Origin: Octopus sinensis
Taxonomy: Eukaryota
Assembly (NCBI RefSeq): GCF_006345805.1
Contig: NC_043020.1
Span: forward strand, 11,718,001 to 11,782,000
Direction of reading: 5' to 3'
Length of the DNA stretch: 64,000 nucleotides
Part shown: piece after piece, positions 50,174-64,000 of the stretch
How the letters are laid out: each line of letters starts with the position of its first letter
Position numbering within the stretch: position 1 is the stretch's first letter
Program-made: the position numbers and the translations under genes
The notes under the pieces: model-generated
What the model was told of the DNA's origin: nothing
The model's input: the letters and a program-made list of their open reading frames with translations, nothing else
The model's database searches: none

Positions 50174-50533
50174 TCTCTATATATATAAATGGCAAAATGT
50201 CTGCGTGTGTGTCCTTTATATAAATCTACAATTTTTCAGTTAGAGGGCTCGCACTTTCTATGGTCATTCAAACCCGTCCAAGGGTGGTCATGCACATCTT
50301 TACATTTCCCCAGTCACCCCGCAAAGCCATTGAAAAATCAATAGAATTGACTTTTTTGTGAATTTTCTATCCAAAACCCAATCAAAATGCCTGAAACTTG
50401 ATACGCCAACTGAATGCCAGTTAGCTGTATGTGACTGGTCGGAGATTTGGACAGTACTCACGTGTATGTGCGCACGCAGCTGTATATGCATGCACTATAA
50501 CTATGACCCGGCGTTGCCGGGTCATAGTGCTAG
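50174..50533 (+). mobile_element. Non-autonomous Helitron-like element, family H1
   Basis: A|TC start, subterminal hairpin TATGACCCGGC-GTT-GCCGGGTCATA, CTAG|T end, no TSD; second copy at 1737-2099 (minus). Confidence 0.85.
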
Positions 50534-52621
50534 TGTACTATAAATTTCTTCTGGTGAAAATAAAGGGGATTTTATTATTTGATTATCGAAAATATGAATG
50601 AGTCTTCATAAAATCACATGGAACTCCTATTTAAATGAGATCTGATATGTCTTTCACCATATGCACCAAACCTTGAAAATTTCAGAGAGATTTGGTGACA
50701 ATCTCTTTCAGATCATTCAGCGTACTAGAAATAGCAACCAAATCTTGCTCAAATCTTAAAAGGAGAGGACACATTGAATAATGTAGTTTTTGATCATACA
50801 ATTCTTGATAACAAAAAAAAAATGGATGGGATTTTCTTGACTAGATTGTATATAATCTTTGGTCTGCTGGTTAAGGGATCACCTGTGGTTAAACAACAAC
50901 AATAACAACAACCACATGGCATCAATGAAGCTTTTTCTTTTTCATAAAAATATAATTTTGTACAATAAAATTTAAATTCTCTGAAATTTTAGCTTCATCT
51001 CCTAAACCGTGTTTTTCCCAGTAGACTTTTGATGGTTAGAGTCTGAACTCTGTCTATCTTGAAGTGTCTCTATTCCTGCATATACTCTTCACTCTCTTAA
51101 GTGTTTCAGTCAATAGACTGCGACCATGATGGAGCACCACTCTCAAAAAAGTTTTGCACAATCAATATTGATCCCAGTACTTCTTATAGTGGTTCAATAA
51201 CTAAGTAACGGATTATAAAACAGAAAATCTTTTGCAAATGGTGTCAAGCATAAACAGAAACACACATGCTTCTTCATCACACAAACACATATATGTATAT
51301 GTGTGTTTGTCTGTTTGCCTCTCTCTCTATATATATATACATACAGCCTCACCTGGCCTCATCTGGCACCTGTGTCGGTGGTACATAAAAAACACCATCC
51401 GAGCGTGGCCGTTCGCCAGCCTCGTCTGGCACCTGTGTCGGTGGCACATAAAAAACACCACCCGAGCATGGCCGTTCGCCAGCCTCATCTGGCACCTGTG
51501 TCAGTGGCACATAAAAAGCAGCCACTACACTCACGGAGTGGTTGGTGTTAGGAAGGGCATCCAGCTGTAGAAACACTGCCAGATCTGACTGGGCCTGGTG
51601 CAGCCTTGTGGCTTCCCAGACCCCAGTTGAACCGTCCAACCCATGCTAGCATGGAAAGCGGACGTTAAACGATGATGATGATGATACATACATATATATA
51701 TAGATACATGAACTGTGAAAGACTATAGAGAAACAACAAAAAATTTCCGTTCAATTCCACATTGCTACCCCCCACCAACCAACCAACCTCCCACACTGTC
51801 CCTTTAAATAGGAATCAGCCTTTATTTAGCTTCACAGAAAATGAAAAAATGATAAAACAGGTCAGTTTATCTCAAATTCTTTGTAAACTCCTAAATATAT
51901 CTCCTTCTGTGTATATATATACTACCAAACATGACCTTTTTGAACTTATAATTTTCTGCATATATATACAGATACTTCCAAACAAACATGATTTTTAATG
52001 AAATATTTTTAATGAACTTTTTAATATTTTCTCAAGATTTTTCCTTGTAAACTGTTTTTAACATTTTCTTATTATTATCAAAGAATGTATATATGTATTT
52101 TAATACATTTGTGACAACCAGTACTTAACACAACAAAGCTCATACAAAGCTTTACATTTTATTTTTGACAATCTTTTTCTAAAAAAGTGAAATCGGTCAA
52201 GTGAATAAACACCTTTTAAAATTGCATTTTCAAACCTTCTTTCATATATATTTCCACTTGTGCGGTATCTTACAACTTCACTTTGTTATACATATAAATA
52301 TATAGACACATATATGCACATGTTCACACTGTTTTAAATTATCGCATAGCTTGAAGATTTCAAGGACACATTTTGTTTATTTTTAGGATTACATTTTAGG
52401 GTACATATAAAAGACCAGACTCATCTGGTTTGAATATAAACCAAGTAGAATATTTGGGTCCATTTCAGAACTTTGGAACTGTGTGAAGTTTGACACAAAT
52501 AACTCCAAAATTCTTTCACAACCAACTGTAGTTTATAAATATGTATATTATGAATATATATACATATATATATGAACATAATAATGTTTGTATGTATGAA
52601 TGAGTTTGTGTGTGTATGTAA

Positions 52622-52723
<102 letters not shown>

Positions 52724-52728
52724 GTATG

Positions 52729-52797
<69 letters not shown>

Positions 52798-52810
52798 CAT
52801 ATATATATAC

Positions 52811-52880
<70 letters not shown>

Positions 52881-54831
52881 CATACACACATATATATATA
52901 CTTTTGATTATTTTGTATCATCTTTTAACAATTGGAATTTTTCAAAATTTGTGATATATTAACCTTTCGTTACCAACCTGGCTGAAACCGGATCTGGCTC
53001 TGAGTACAAATGTCTTGTTTTCATAAGTTTTGAATAAAAATCTTCCACCAAACCTTAGTCACAATTTATGTTCCTAACACTAGCTTAATGATAACTAAGT
53101 TATTTTACTAAATCCTTTGTTATATTTAAAGTAACTGAAAGAAACACAGAGCATCTCAAAATAAATACAGTAACGAATGGGTTAAATAACTACAATTACA
53201 GATTTACACTAATTCTTACTATTACGGTATCAATTAAAATACTTTCATTATAGACTTGTTTAAGTGACTCCTATTATGTACTTGGGTTAACTCCTCCATA
53301 CAGTAATGAAGGGGTTAAACATGTCCTTAATATATTAGTCTTAAAATAGGCAACAATTCATTCAACTTGAAAAGTTACAGGCATAAAGAAATAAATGGCA
53401 AAAATACCCACATCATTAAATATTTGAATGAAATGTCTACAAGGATTAACTGGACCATGGCTTTAGATGACACTTTGATAGGATGAAGCCTCCTGTACAT
53501 GTTTGCTAGAATTGTCCTATCAGTCTCAGCAAGGCATCGCTTCTGTACAACTGACCATATCAAAGCTCATGAAACTACAATGTGATGGGTGTAATATATA
53601 GATATTTATATAGTCTTGGCTCTCTTTCATAAATGGTTAATAATTGTTCTCCATGACGATAATTTATGTTCCTAGCACTAGCTGAATGATGACTAAGTTA
53701 TTTTACTAAATTCTTTGTTATATTTTCTCCCCTCCATACACACACAAGCATGTATCTGACTCATACATTGTTCGCTTTCCAGACATTTGTACATTACTGC
53801 ATATACTCTATATGCACTTTCTGACAAGTTGTGGTGCACCTGAGCACTGTATACAATAATTTCATTATATTATATATATTATAAACTGAAAGAAACACAG
53901 AGCATCTCAAAATAAACACAGTAACGAAAGGGTTAAGCATATTGTTTACATATTTGTGTAAAGGGTGTTAGCTGTTTGTTGAAAAATGTTAGAGATTCAA
54001 GTATTTTTAATTAATTTGTTTAGTTGGGCCTAGGTGTTGGAGAAAAAAAATTTAGGAGTGGCCAGTTAAAAATCAATACGGATGTATGTGTGCGTATGAG
54101 TGAGTGTGTATGAGGAATGTTTAAACTGTATGAGGAACATCATATAATGATTGAATTGCTGGATAATCCCCGCTACAAAACAAAAGGCTAAATGAGTTTT
54201 GGGAGGGTTGGTTTAGCACTAAAGGAGCATGATAAGTAATGCTGGAGCACTGCCTTTAGTCAAGCAAATCGACTCCAGGACTTATTCTTTGTTAGCCTAG
54301 TGCTTATAGTGCTTTGTTAGCCTAGGCTATAGTAGAAGACACTTGCCCAAGATGCCACGCAGTGGGACTGAACCTGGAACCATGTGGTTGGTAAGCAAGC
54401 TACTTACCACACAGCCACTCGTACACATGGCTAGTATTTATATAATTGGTCCTGAAAAGATAAAGGTCAAAGTTGGCCTTAGCTAAAAGATGAAGAAATG
54501 CCATTAAGTATTATGTCCGGCATGTTAACGATTCTGCCAGTTCACTGTATTCGGTATGGTGAGTAATAATCCATTCTACTATAGGCATAGGGCATGAAAT
54601 TTTGGTGGAAGGGACTAGTTGACTACATCAATCTCAAAAGGATTAAAGTCGACCTTGGCAGAATTTGAACTTAAAATGTTAAGATAGATGAAATGTTACT
54701 AAGCATTTTGTCTAGTCTGCTAATGATTCCGCTATATATATATATATAATAATAAATATTAGGGAATAAATCCAAATTTACATAAATTTACATAATTTTC
54801 ATAAATTAAAACAGATTAGGAGATCGAAAAT

Positions 54832-54874
54832 CCACCTGACGAATGTCATTGAAGACATGAAACGATTGTAGTGG
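54832..54874 (+). ncRNA. Minimal type I hammerhead ribozyme motif
   Basis: CCAC-CTGACGA-ATGTC(ATTGAA)GACAT-GAA-AC(GATT)GT-A-GTGG: full core, 5-bp stem II, 4-bp stem I, GTA triplet (cut after 54870). Confidence 0.85.
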
Positions 54875-57800
54875 CGGTTTATTTCTTTATATTAAAAATT
54901 TTTATGTATTGATTAAGTCTTTCCTTATTTGTTTTGCAAAATAGTGGTTTTGTCTCGAATTAATATTATGTATATATATATATATACACATGATATCTGA
55001 TACATGTAGGTCGGTGTGCAGAGCCAGCAGTTGATGTCATTTTGACAAAACATGACACAGACCAAGGCTGAAGATAGTCAATGACATCTGACACATTAAC
55101 ATGACAGAATTGTCGTCATTGTCAAGGTTGTCACCGTCATCGTCATGATCAATAACAACATCATTATTATCAACATTAGTGAAGGCGCAATGGCCCAGTG
55201 GTTAGGGCAGCGGACTTACGGTTTTGATTTTCAGACCGGGCGTTGTGAGTGTATATTGAGTGAAAACATCTAAAGCTCCATAGGGCTCCGGCAGGGGGTT
55301 GCGGTAAACCCTGCTGTACTCTTTTGCCACAACTTTCTCTCACTCTTTCCTCTGTTGGCCTGCTCGCTTAGCCAGCGGGGTGGCATCATTTGAAGGCTAA
55401 AACAATGCGAAGCGCATTGTGACCAGCGATGTGTAGCAACATCTGATAGCCTGGTCGGTCACGGTGATATATATATATATAGAGCAATAAGAAAATGGAG
55501 GGATCAATAGCTGGTTCATCATCTTTTAGACATTATTTTATGTTAACTTAATAGAATTATAGTGCAATTCAAAAGCCAAGGAAACGAATCAACAGATTCT
55601 AGTCCCAGCTGACCAGGGCCCTGGGAAAGGAAGTTAACATAATATAATGTCTAAAAGTTGATGAACCACCTATTGATCCCCTCCATTTTCTTATTCCTCT
55701 ATAAATTAATGGTAAAATATCTCTTTACCTTCACCCATTTAGTTCACTAGGTAATGTAATTGCAATGCAATGAAAAACACTTGTGTATTAATAATTGGGT
55801 ATTCTACCAGCAGTATATAGGATAGATATTATCCCTTAGTGGGTTGGATTCACAACCTCTAACTTTCTTGGAATATATATATACTTTATAAATAGGGTTC
55901 AGCAACGATTTGCTTCACCACATACCGAAGTTTAGAAATAGCAGTCAAAAAATCTTAGCTATTCCTTCTACTTTAAAAGGGGGCTCCCAGAAAAACCAAA
56001 GTACTTGAAAACAATCCACACAGGCAAAAGGGAAAAATAACGAAAATCATTCTATATTAGGCTACCCACGTACGCGCGTTATATATATATATATATATAT
56101 ATACACAGACACACACCTCTTGATTCATATTTTCTGAGTAATTTAAAGCTTTCTTTTATATGTCTCAGGTTACTCTGGTGGTTAAAAATAATTGGGAATT
56201 TGCATCATGTATGATGTATGGACACCAGGAAAATATGTCCGGAGTATCACAGGACAGGCAAAGAGTTAACTCATCATTGAGAATGACATTGCTTAGTCAG
56301 TGGCATAAACTGGTATGGACAATAGAGCAGACTAAATTGTAATTATCATCAGAGTAAATTGTAATTAACATACTCTTTTACTTGTTTCAGTCATTTGACT
56401 GCGGCCATGCTGGAGTACCGCCTTTAATCGAGCAAATCGACCCCGGGACTTATTCTTTGTAAGCCCAGTACTTATTCTATCGGTCTCTTTTGCCGAACCG
56501 CTAAGTGACGGGGATGTAAACACAACAGCATTGGTTGTCAAGCAATGCTAGGGGGACAAACACAGACACACAACTTCAAATTGGAATTTTATATTTATAT
56601 CTTATATTTTTTAATTAATTTTTTTCTATGTATTGGCTTATGATTTTCAGTTTGATTTGCCTAATAGTGGTTTTATCTCTAATTTAATATAATATATATT
56701 TATACTATAAAATTGAATTTAATCCTAAATATAATTTTTCCCTTTAAGTTTGGATTTACTCCCTAATATTATTATTATATATATATACGACAGGTTTCTT
56801 TCAGTTTCCGTTGACCAAAACCACTCACAAGGCATTGGTCGGCCCGGGGCTATAGCAGAAGACACTTGCTCAAGATGCCACGCAGTGGGACTGAACCCTG
56901 AACCATGTGGTTGGTTAGTAAGCTACTTACCACACAGCCACTCCTGCGGCTATATGTGAATAATTTATTATTTTTATGTGCAGGTTTGTTTATATTGCAT
57001 GAATGCTTCCTCATGGATACTGAATGGATGTTTGGAAGTGTAGAGAGGTCGGGGAGTTCTCTACTACTGATAGCAGTAGTAGTAGTAGTAGTAGTAGTGA
57101 TGGTGGTAGTTGTAGTAGAAATAGTTGTGGTGGTTGTAGTAGTAGTAGTAACAGCATAGAATTATTTATATGAAGGTGTCTATGTGATCATGTAACTTGC
57201 TGTAATTAGCAGACAAGTCTTCAAATTTTACCATTTTATTTTCAGAATTGATTCTGAATTATTAAATGCCAGCAGAGAAGATGGAATGGTCAGTCAGAGC
57301 ATCTTGAATGATTCAAGTTTAACTTGCACATGGAAAGGCATTTGTAACAGAGAGGTGACAATAATAAGTCTTGGTGGTCATATTTTTGCGTGTCCTGCCT
57401 CTTGGGACTTATTTAACCCTTTAGCATTCAAACCGGCCGTATCCGGCCAAAATATCCTCCCTTGTTTTATGTTCAAATTGGCTCGATCTGGCCTCTCACA
57501 CCAGCCCGACTATATAATTCTAAAAATGAATAGTTACTTCATCAAAACCTCAAAGCTACAAGATGATGCAGGATTAATTTAAAACAATGCGAATAAATAA
57601 GCATTACTTTTGACAGAATACCGTGAATACTAAAGGGTTAAAGTAGATTAAAAAAAATAAAAACAGTATAAATTTTAATAAAAAACAAAACAAAACAAAA
57701 TAAAATGCAAACTTCATGAAGTTATTTTGAAGAATTTTTTTTATCTTGCTACCTCCTTTTACCTCTCGTTGCTTTGGCATCAAAAAACAAAGCGGTAACC

Positions 57801-58211
57801 AAGGAGTTAAATCATAAAAGATGAGGAAAAATTAGGATTTTTTCTTTGTTAAAAAAAAGTATCAAAATACTAAACAAAGCAAGAGGATAACCAGGTTTCT
57901 TCATAAAAATAGAGTCTGAGATCAATGAGGGTTTTTTTCCATAAAATTAAGACAAGGTATTAACCAAGTTTTCCTCATAAAAAGAGTATTTCTCCATAAC
58001 TTACAACCCCAAAATCATATTTTCTGTCTCCCTGTTGCTCTCTCTCTCTCCTTCAATAAAAATCAAAACAAAAATCTCAAAACAAATTATTAAAAATAAA
58101 CCAGTTTTACAAAATTTTATATCAATATTTCCGACAGATCGTTGGTTCCCAACCATTTTACCTCTTTGACACGTCTCCTCTTTCTTCTTTCAGTTTTTAT
58201 TAAAATATATA

Positions 58212-58720
58212 CCGTAAATCTTCAAGTATAGTCCACCCTTGAGTATAATACGCAGGGGATTTTTAGGGAGCTGTACCTCTGAAAAACCTAAACCTTGTGT
58301 ATAATATGCACCCCTTCTCTAACTTGAGTCAAGGAGGTCTATATAACGTCCTTGGTTTGTAAAAACGTATACGGTAATGTCCTTTATTATTATTGTACAT
58401 ATAACATAATGCAAGCGTGTAGCTTTTTTGTGCATTTTGTTTGCAGAAAATAAAGAAATAACAGTAATAATGTTTAATAAATGTTGCTTACTGGAAGTTA
58501 TGGATAATTCTTTTATGACTTCATTGCTTTCAGGCTTAGCTTAAGGTATTTTCACGCCCGACATAAAAATATGCGTCTGAATAAACATTGCCGGACAGCA
58601 AATAGAGACTCGGACATTGCTTAGAAAATAATTTTCAGTTTTAACCTCGTATATAGTACACACTAGGGATTTTGACATTTAAATTTTGGGGAAAAAATGT
58701 GGATAATATTAGATATACGG
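58212..58720. mobile_element. Tc1/mariner (pogo/Tigger-like) MITE, TA-flanked
   Basis: TA|CCGTAAATC...TATACGG|TA; reverse copy at about 2905-3407. Confidence 0.75.
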
Positions 58721-61700
58721 TAAATAAAGATGGTTTCAAATTTTGGCACAAGGCCAACAAATTTAACTGGTGCTTATTTTATCAACCCTGAAAGGATGAA
58801 AGGCAAAGTTGACCTTGGTGGAATTTAAATTTATAAAGTGATAACAGATGAAATGCCTCTAAGCATTCTAACAGTTTTAGCTCACCACCACCAATTCACT
58901 ACTACTACTACTACTACTATTAATAATAATAATAATCATGGTTTAAAATTTTGCCACGAGGGGACGAGTCGATTACATCGACCCCAGTATTCAACTGGTA
59001 CTTATTTTATCGACCCTGAAAGGATGAAAGGCAAAGTCAAACATGGCGGAATTTCAACACAGAACATAGCTACAGGAGAAATACCTATTTCTTTATTACC
59101 CACAAGGGGCTAAACACAGAGGGGACAAACATAGGTATTAAGTCGATTACATCGACCCCAGTGCGTAACTGGTACTTAATTTATCGACCCCGAAAGGATG
59201 AAGGCCAAAGTCGACCTTGATGGAATTTGAACTTAGAACGTAACTGCAGACGAAATACCTATTTCTTTACTACCCACAAGGGGCTAAACACAGAGGGGAC
59301 AGACAAACGGATTAAGTCGATTACATTGACCCCCCAGTGCATAACTGATACTTAATTTATCAACCCCGAAAGGATGAAAAGCAAAGTCGACCTTGGCGGA
59401 ATTTGAACTCAGAACATAACTGCAGACGAAATACCTATTTCTTTACTACCCACAAGGGGCTAAACACAGAGGGGACAAACAAGGAGAGACAAACAGATTA
59501 AGTCGATTACATCGACCCCCAGTGCATAACTGGTACTTAATTTATCGACCCCGAAAGGATGTAAAGCAAAGTCGACCTCAGCGGAATTTGAACTCAGAAT
59601 GTAATGTCAGACGAAATACGGCTACGCATTTCGCCCGGCATGCTAACGGTTCTGCCAGCTCGCTGCCGTGGAGAAATATTGTTAAGCATTTCATCCAGCG
59701 TGCTAACGATTCTGTCAACTTACCATCTTACTACCACTACTAATAATAATGGCCTATTCCACTAATGATCAAAATAAAATATTTTTGTTTTGTTTCCAGT
59801 CAATTAGTTAATCAAAAAAATCAATATCTATTTTTCTCTCAAGAAGTGAATTGACATCAATATTGAACTGGCAGTTCAATATGTCTGTTTATTTCATCAC
59901 TGATTGATTTCTGGTCATCATTCCTCTATTTCATGCACAGGTGGTCAATTAAAAACCAGTAATAAACTGTGGTACCATTCAGTCAAATTCTCTCTCTCAT
60001 TTTCTAGACAACTGAACCCGAGTTTACCTCACAGCCACTGTGTCTCACAATGGCTGTGAGGTAAAAAAATCTAGGCTTCTAATCACAAGATAGTGAGTTC
60101 AACCCACACCACAACCATTTCTACCACCACTACTGTTATGTTGCAACTGTTACTAGATTAAAATATATAACCTGGTCTGTTAGAATCCACCTGAATAAAC
60201 CTACCCCGACCCCATTAAAAAACAAGGGATTCTTCCTTTTCCATTTCATAGTTGAATGGTTTCTAAAGGGTCATTATTATTCAGGGGCCAAAAAAAAAAA
60301 AACTAACCTTAATACCTGTTCGCAAAATGGATAAATGAAATTAATTACTGGATTTTCTTTCATCTAATTAATTGTATTCGTAAATAAATAGTTAGATACA
60401 TATTGGCATCAAATTTTGGCACAAGGCCAGCAATTTCAGGGAGGGGGTAAATCAACTCTAGTGCTTAACTGGTACTTATTTTATTGATCCCAAAAGGACG
60501 AGAAGCAAAGTCAACCTCAGTGGAATTTGAACTCAGAACGTAAAGACAGACAAAATGCTGCTTAGCAATTTACCCAGGATGCTAATGATTCTGCCAGCTC
60601 GCTACCTTAGATAATTATATACATATTAATTTCAGCTTTGTGCTTCATCAAATCATATCTTTAGTTCAACTTGCCATTGTTCTGAGGACCTATAACCATT
60701 TTGGTTCTAATGTTGATGGTTCTACCATCAGTTTTTGCAATGACTCTTATTTGGGATTATTTATGCATTAAATTAACATGTAAGTGGCAGAGAATTTCAC
60801 AGGCACAAGGCCCTTAGTATCACAGGCTACAATCCACCCAATGGGATTCCTCATAGTTTCCATCAACTCTATTTCATTTGCATAGCTTGGGCTGACCCAA
60901 AATTTATGGTAAAAGACATTTCTTTAAAAATGCCAAGCAGAGAATTGAACTTAAGATGACATGATTGCAGGTGCTTTAAGGAAGACTTCTGCTTGCAGTA
61001 ATATGTTGACCTCGGCAGAATTTGAACTCAGAAAGCAGCGGCAGACGAAATACCGATAAGCATTTTGCCCGGTGTGCTAACGATTCTGCCAGCTCGCCAC
61101 CTTCATTGCTGAGAAGCAATGTTTCTATAGTGTGCCAGCCCATAGCCTGGTAGACAGCAATGCAGCACAATGGCAGTGGTCATGGTAGGTTACACCTCAG
61201 CGAACTCGACCCCGGGACTTATTTTTGTAAGCCCAGTACTTATTCTATCGGTCTCTTTTGCCGAACCGCTAAGTGATGGGGACATAAACTTACCAGCATC
61301 GGTTGTCAAGCAATGCTAGGGGGACAAACACAGACACACAAACATATACCCACACACTTATATATATATATACATATATATGACAGGCTTCTTTCAGTTT
61401 CCGTCTACCAAATCCACTCACAAGGCATTGGTCGGCCCGAGGCTATAGCAGAAGACACTTGCCCAAGGTGCCACGCAGTGGGACTGAACCCGGAACCATG
61501 TGGCTGGTTAGCAAGCTACTTACCACACAGCCACTCCTGCGCCTAATGCTTTTTTTTTATTCACATTGTTTTGAATTAATCATGTATTATCTCACAACTT
61601 CAAAATTTTGATGAAACTATTGTTTATTTTCAGAATGACACTGCAGGGTAGATGTGAGAAGCCAGATCTGGTTGCATTGAACAAAAAAGGGAGAATATTT

Positions 61701-62598
61701 GGGCCCGATAAGGCTTGTTTAAATGCTAAAGTGTTAAATATATAAAATAGCTTAAACAAAAACATCAGCTCTCTTTCTCTTTACTCTTTAACTTGTTTCA
61801 GTCATTTGACTGCGGCCATGCTGGAGCACCGCCTTTAGTCGAGCAAATCGACCCCAAGACTTATTCTTTTGTAAGCCCAGTACTTATTCTATCAGTCTCT
61901 TTGCCGAACCGCTAAGTGACGGGGATGTAAACACACCAGCATCGGTTGTCAAGCAATGCTAAAGGGACAAACACAGACACACAAACAGACATATATATAT
62001 ATATATATACATATATACGACAGGCTTCTTTCAGTTTCCATCTACCAAATCCACTCACAAGGCATTGGTCGGCCCGGGGCTATAGCAGAAGACACTTGCC
62101 CAAGGTGCCACGCAGTGGGACTGAACCCGAAACCATGTGGTTGGTTAGCAAGCTACTTACCACACAGCCACTACTGCGCCTCTGTTTTTCTTTAATTATA
62201 TAAAGTAAGGCATCTACAGCAAGGCTGAAAAACAATATCTCTCTATTTGTCGGTTAGTAGTTTGTAAAGATTAACATCTACAACTGTCATTTCATTTACC
62301 AAGTATACTAGTTTACCTGTATCATCATGTGTGTACTTGCATCATTAAAAATTTTGACAGTTTTATAAATAACGAGGAATATTTTTGCAATAGGAACAAA
62401 ATACAAAAAATAACCATGTTTCAGGTTTTAGTTGTACTCTTTAAAAATATATACATCTTATTAGGTGTGTTTTTTTTGCAATAGGTGAAAAGAAAAGCCA
62501 AAACAAACAGATGCAGAATAATTGAAAACAAAACACATTTAGCATTCATTTAAAATATATCTATATAGTACATATATGTGTATGCTTGCATGATTCTG

Positions 62599-62640
<42 letters not shown>

Positions 62641-64000
62641 TAAGAGAGTTAATGATAGGTGGCTAACTCTAGTTTAAGAAATAGCTCCTTTTTCTGGTAT
62701 AGCCACCAAAGATTTTTTCCACAGCAGAAACAGCATTACTTTCAACATAAGGGAAGCGAAATACAACTACATATTATGTTGATAAGGAAACAATTGTTCA
62801 GCATTGATCTATCTTTTTGTTGTATTTCGCTTCCCTTATGTTTTTCATTTTGAATTGATAAAAGGTGGTTTTTTCTAATTTATATATATATATATATATA
62901 TATAAATATATATAAATATATACACACACACATGCATACACATACATATATGTATGAATATAAATAGCATATACACATACAATTTTGTAGCTCTTCAGGA
63001 TGGCCAAATTCATCCAGGAAGTTCAAACGGCCACCAATAAAAATTATAAAAAAAAACAAAAATCCCCAATCCTCTTTATCGACATATCACAAGCATGTAA
63101 GCCCAAGAATAAATTGCAAATGATAAATATATTTCATAAATTTGACTTTAAAATTTATGTTTCTAACTGTTACATTGGCCAGACAAATACAACACTTTCT
63201 TGTAAGCATACTATGCATTTACAACAAGGAGCAATTACCACAAGCTAAACCCAAGAACAAGCTGCAAATAATAAATATATCTTATAAATTCGGCTGAAAA
63301 AGGGACTGAACCCGGAACAATGTGGTTGGGAAGCAAGCTTCTTACCACACAACCACATCACACAATAGTCACAAACAAGTGCCACTGTCATGCAAACACT
63401 GCTGTCCCTTTTTAATCTTCTATGAAAGCATGTCTGGCCATAGGGATATATATTGGATAGAGGCAGGTGAGGGTTGGCAACAGGAAAGGCATCCAGCCGT
63501 ATACAGTGAAACTCAAAGAATTCATACAAGTACATGCAAGCACATAAAAGTAGATGTTCAAATAATGATGATGATGACATATACACACATACACATTTAT
63601 ATCAATACACACACATATATTAATATATATATATATTTCTTTATTGCCCACAAGGGGCAAAACATAGAGAGGACAAACAAGGACAGGCAAAGGGATTAAG
63701 TCGATTACATTGACCCCAGTGTGTGACTGGTACTTAATTTATCAACCCTGAAAGGATGAAAGGTAAAGTCGACCTCGGCGGAATTTGAACTCAGAATGTA
63801 ACGGCAGACGAAATATGGTTATGCATTTCACCCGGCGTGCTAACGTTTCTGCCAGCTCGCCGACTTCTAATATATATATATATAAAATGCAGTGTACATT
63901 TAAACACATTAAGAGGTTTCCATCATAGGAATCCTTTACGCTAGAAAGAACAGCTAAAGTCCAAACCACTAATTAGGGATAAATTCTCAAAGGGAATGAT

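Noticed and set aside
53381-53486. Peptide HKEINGKNTHIIKYLNEMSTRINWTMALDD faintly like the ValRS I..QL..LG.S.DW region
   Set aside because: Similarity is very weak, it ends in a stop, and it lies on the wrong side of the VATTR exon.

Overview
AT-rich, repeat-saturated animal genomic DNA. The SINE/RTE repertoire suggests an octopus or other coleoid cephalopod (inference). Main content: (1) a complete 8-exon HROB/C17orf53 gene on the minus strand (CDS 941-24250, 568 aa, all intron phases consistent); (2) one isolated, intact valyl-tRNA synthetase exon (39624-39809, +), with no other ValRS exon recognisable in the window; (3) three Pol III-type genes: a probably degenerate 5S rRNA copy in the last HROB intron, a canonical initiator tRNA-Met, and an initiator-derived tRNA whose 7 changes all fall in the acceptor end and anticodon loop (anticodon CGT); (4) two type I hammerhead ribozyme motifs (40212-40332 minus; 54832-54874 plus); (5) a 5'-truncated RTE LINE with a PHD-like finger inside the RT and a hierarchically repeated 3' UTR, many 3'-end fragments of it, four tRNA-headed SINE families, Helitron-like non-autonomous elements, several MITE families and many microsatellites; (6) a SINE-mediated tandem duplication with swapped target-site duplications (34.9-37.4 kb). 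Most ORF-track entries are repeat-derived noise. Gene and RNA coordinates are base-exact by manual reading; repeat boundaries are approximate.
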